This document shows positions 60,136 to 64,000 of a stretch of DNA of 64,000 nucleotides, one piece after another. The translations under genes were made by a program, and so were the position numbers. Numbering within the stretch: position 1 is the first letter of the stretch; every line of letters starts with the position of its first letter. Source of the DNA: Laetmonice hystrix (taxonomy: Eukaryota); the NCBI GenBank assembly GCA_965235115.1, contig OZ249448.1:3658001-3722000 (forward strand). The letters are read 5' to 3'. The notes beneath the pieces were generated by a model that saw nothing but the letters and a program-made list of their open reading frames with translations, made no database searches and was not told the origin of the DNA.

Positions 60136-61286
60136 TTAATGAACATCCTGGCAAGGATCATTTTCCCACTTCATCTTACTTATCAACTATTCTTGCTCCA
60201 TGAAAACCTGGGACTAGGGTACATGAGCACATTGCCACACATACTACTCCATTGGAATAATTTTGGATTGTTGCGAATTTACAAATTACATCTTGTTCTG
60301 GACAGAACAAAATTAAGAGGCCCTACTAGGACTAGCTAGCATATATCAATAGTAGGTAATATCAACACACTAGGGATATCCATTGTTCTTTACAGACAAA
60401 AGATCCATGAAACCGGGATTTTGAGTTGAGCTCCTTGAGAAAAAATTTTGTGTCGGAAACGAGTTGTCCAGACTCAGTGCATCTCAGAAAAACCGAAATC
60501 CTAAAATATCATTTTGTAAGAAACTGATACTAACTTGATATAAGCTACCAAGAGTTAGTGTATCTGACAGGCCAACGATGGGGCAATTCCCTAAATCCAG
60601 TCACAGTTGACCGAATTATTATTGTTTCCTTCCAGAACCCAAATGTAGCCTGGGGCCAAGTTAATAAGTAGGCCAAAAATCAGTGCATGAGATGCAATTG
60701 GAACAAAGGGTAGAGACAAAATCAATGTTAGCTAATCATTAATTCATCCTTTGACAAGTTTGACATGGTTGGTGCAGACAAACCAATATGAACAAAACTG
60801 AGTATCTAACATTCGGATTTCGTCTTCACCGTTTGTCCCAATTGCATTTCATACCCTTATTTTCGTACCTATTAACTTGGGCCCCAAACACGAAAAGTAG
60901 TAGTTGTAGTTGTTTGGACCTAATTTTTTCGTACTCAAATTTTTGTTATTTCAAATGTGGGTATTCTGGATGTTAACCTGAGTGACCACCAAATGGTTTA
61001 TGTAAAATGAAGCTGAAGCCGCACAGTCAACTTCAGAGGTAGATCATACATGTATAGGAATTATCTGCTTGAGGTATTTCAGGATTCAATTATATATACA
61101 TTCAGACTGGTCGGAATTTGACCATTGTGACAATGCCTGATGTTAGACATCTTATTACAATCTGCCGATAAGTTATGTTTGTGTCGGCAGTATTGCATCA
61201 CTAAGATTAAGGACCTCTGGATAAATAACGAAATTTTAGAATTACACACGGCCTTATCCTAGCTACACAGAAACATGTAATCTTAC

Positions 61287-61307
61287 CAGATTTACCCCAA
61301 ACGCCAT
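61287..61307 (-). CDS. Candidate first coding exon of the zinc-finger gene (MAFGVNL)
   Basis: AGATGGCG start context in a CpG-containing region. CTG|GTAAGA donor in phase 0 is in frame with the 58863 exon. Confidence 0.4.
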
Positions 61308-64000
61308 CTATTTACTCGTGATTCTTGCGAAATTTGCTGAGCAAACCATAATCGGCTGTGAAAAACGTGTGCCGCGTTTTTCAGTACAGTGTTTACAATC
61401 ATCCATTCACGAAAATGCGACGTCATACAGTTTCTCTTCAAAGCCAGGCACTCTCGCTCAGGGTGCACATGGATGACGAGGGGTTTCCCAGCCCATGTAA
61501 ACATCATGCAGCATCCATGTACAAATGAACTAGTTCGCTCGGGATCAGAATAGATCGAAACACTGAGTTTATATATGGGGTCCGTTTTTGATCGCTGGGT
61601 GCATTTACGGGAAGTCTTGGCTTTTGGCTGCATCAAGAACTGTGTAGAAAGTCACGTGAGGGAATTCCCTTCCAGTTCAAATCCAATGGCGGTGGAATCA
61701 TGATGACATGTTTTACTTTGTATTGATCACAATTTTCAGTTGTACTGCAGGTAACACGCAGGTATTGTCCCAATTGGACATTGCAAATATTTGTACACGT
61801 CTTTGGTAGGGCCCCCCTAACATGCAGAAAGTAATAAAAGAAAATCACTCAAATTTTTCTACATTCTATATGCTAGTATATAATAGCTTTATCGTTTACA
61901 CATGATTTAGAGTTTGAGTAAAAATGTTTTTGATCACCAACACCCATACGGCTATAGCTTTAAGTTTAAAAAATAACAAATTTTATATACATGATCAAAT
62001 GCTTTTTCAAAGTCGAAGAAGCCAACATCTGTCTCGTTTTCTGTTTCTTAATATTGATGAAAGTGAGAATAGATCATCTTCACAGGAGCAGTTTTTGCAA
62101 AAGCCATTTTGGTCTGCATAAAGTTTATGTTGCTCTGTTGACAAGTGTTGTATGTACAATCTGGTGTTAAAACTGATGTACTGTGGTAAATAATTAATAC
62201 AGGAGAAAGTAAACTTATATTATCCCTCTATATGAAAGTAAACATTTCCCTCTATATAGGTGACGTGGATCAGCAAGAGAGTTCTTTGATATGGGCATTG
62301 TGTGAGTAATGTGAGATATGTGCAAAAGTCAAACTACAGTACGGTACTTTTTTTTTTTAAATTCTCCAGTCTTAGGAGCAAAATAAATAGCAGAACAGTA
62401 AGGTATTTTACAATAAATATTTGAAGTCAATAGGCCTACAATCTGCCATCATTGAGAAAGATTGAGTTGTAAAAGAAGTAACAAATATGCAATTATTTTG
62501 CCAAGCTAGTAAAAACACTCAAAAAAGATTCTAACTCTCATTGACTTGAGGAAATATGGACGTTCAAATGTAACATAAACATGTGGGATATCGTCCTTTA
62601 AGCATACATCTGATTCGGTAATGCAAAAATTATATAAAAATCTGACAGTCTTAATGCCTACACTAGTGATACCAGCAGCGGGTTCTGCCCAGGCAGCCCC
62701 CACAGCCACCATTGCTGCAGTGCCCCGCCCAGCGGTGCCTTGCTGCCCCCGCCCCGGCAACACTTTAAATCCCTACCACAACCTATCCATGGTCTGACCC
62801 AACCGGGCATGTGACAAAGCAGGAAGGCACGCAACATCTGGTGGTTAGCACACGGCGTCAACCTCCCTTCCTTCCACGCCCCCACTGATGGCCACATTTA
62901 GAGCTATAAAAGCTATATAGGCCTAAAACAAAGCTGTATATCAGTCTCAAATATTATGATTAAGCCTATTTGATTATGATTGTGACTTGACAGTCTTAGG
63001 GGCGTGGGGGGGGGGGGGGTTCGTACGAACCACCTTTTGGACAACCCCCCTCCCCTTAAAAAAAGGCAACGACCGCAGATCATAGATCTGGTGCCGTGGC
63101 CGAGGCTTATAATAAGTATGCTCCCATCGCCACCAGGGCCGTGGCTAGCGGGAGGGGGGGGGGGGAGGGCAGGGGACTACTGCTGCCCCCTGTGAACTAC
63201 CAGAAAATGTGCCCCATCAAAAGTGACCCAGCAAGCTTTTCATTTTTGGCCTTTGAGGTCCAAATTAAATATTTTTTTCGGTAGGGGGGGGGGCAGGGCC
63301 ACGTACATCAACAGCTCACACCTTTGCATTTGCTGAGTATTAGCTAGGCTTGGCTATATCTAGACCCTATATCTATAAGACGAAGTGGATGCCCTAGGCC
63401 TAGTATGAGACAAAGTGAATTTTGTTTCCAGATGTCAGGAAAACGCGTTTCTGGGGGGAAAAGGCCCTCAGTGTTCGTTTTTCGGTGCTCGCAGAGGGCC
63501 CTTTCCCAAATTACTGGATCTGCCCCCGACTCAGAATTCTACAAAAATTTAATAAGCAAGTTGTTCGTCATGTGCATTCTCTAGAGACCTATTTTCCCTC
63601 TGAATTTTTATCTGCAGGTGAGGAGGAAATAGGCCCCTCCCCTTGTAGGCCCCTATATTTAGTCTTTCACATGGAATGATTTTCTGCATATCGGCATTAT
63701 CGCCCCCTCCAGAAACGAAACCCCCCTCCCCCCCAAATCCACAGTAGGGCTGAAATTGCATCATCGGTAGGCCTTGTTCCACGTAACCTGACTAGATCTA
63801 GCATCGCTGACAGTGACATATTGCTGTGTACTGTAGACCTATGGACTAAGGCCTAGGCCCATCTCCCCAATAAATCTATAAAAAAAAATACCAAGAACGT
63901 AGGCCTCGGCCTAAGTCTAGATCTAGACAGTTCAACGTAGCCCTAGGGCCTATAGTATAGCTGTGTATATAGGCTACTAGGCCTAGGGTTACACCATTGG

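Noticed and set aside
62506-62897. GC-rich minus-strand ORFs as the first exon of the zinc-finger gene
   Set aside because: No convincing donor or start context; 61287-61307 is a better candidate.

Overview
Eukaryotic (bilaterian invertebrate) genomic DNA with GT-AG introns, many minisatellites, short non-autonomous DNA transposons, poly-G/C tracts and two N gaps. I see no rRNA, intact tRNA, CRISPR array or prokaryotic features. Three protein-coding genes could be assembled by hand with consistent splice phases. (1) A 2-exon, 229-aa alpha/beta-domain protein with a C-terminal transmembrane tail (9674-10675, +). (2) A 5-exon, 194-aa copper transporter of the Ctr/SLC31A family with an apparent signal peptide (12076-17840, +). 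(3) A 7-8-exon, ~3,930-aa C2H2 zinc-finger/AT-hook protein (43865-58863, possibly to 61307, -) with a 5.2-kb exon. The most unusual structure is in the Ctr gene. All four introns carry their own 33-41-bp minisatellite. One is a ~24-fold amplification of the exon-3 splice acceptor, open in frame with the exon. Another repeats a CAG|6 nt|GTACGT micro-exon-like unit ten times. Also present are an internally deleted Harbinger-like element, a 148-bp near-perfect nested palindrome inside a higher-order satellite, and MITEs with 5-bp, 6-bp and TTAA target duplications. The 19-43 kb interval has only weak gene hints. Family and fold assignments come from motif recognition, not database searches.
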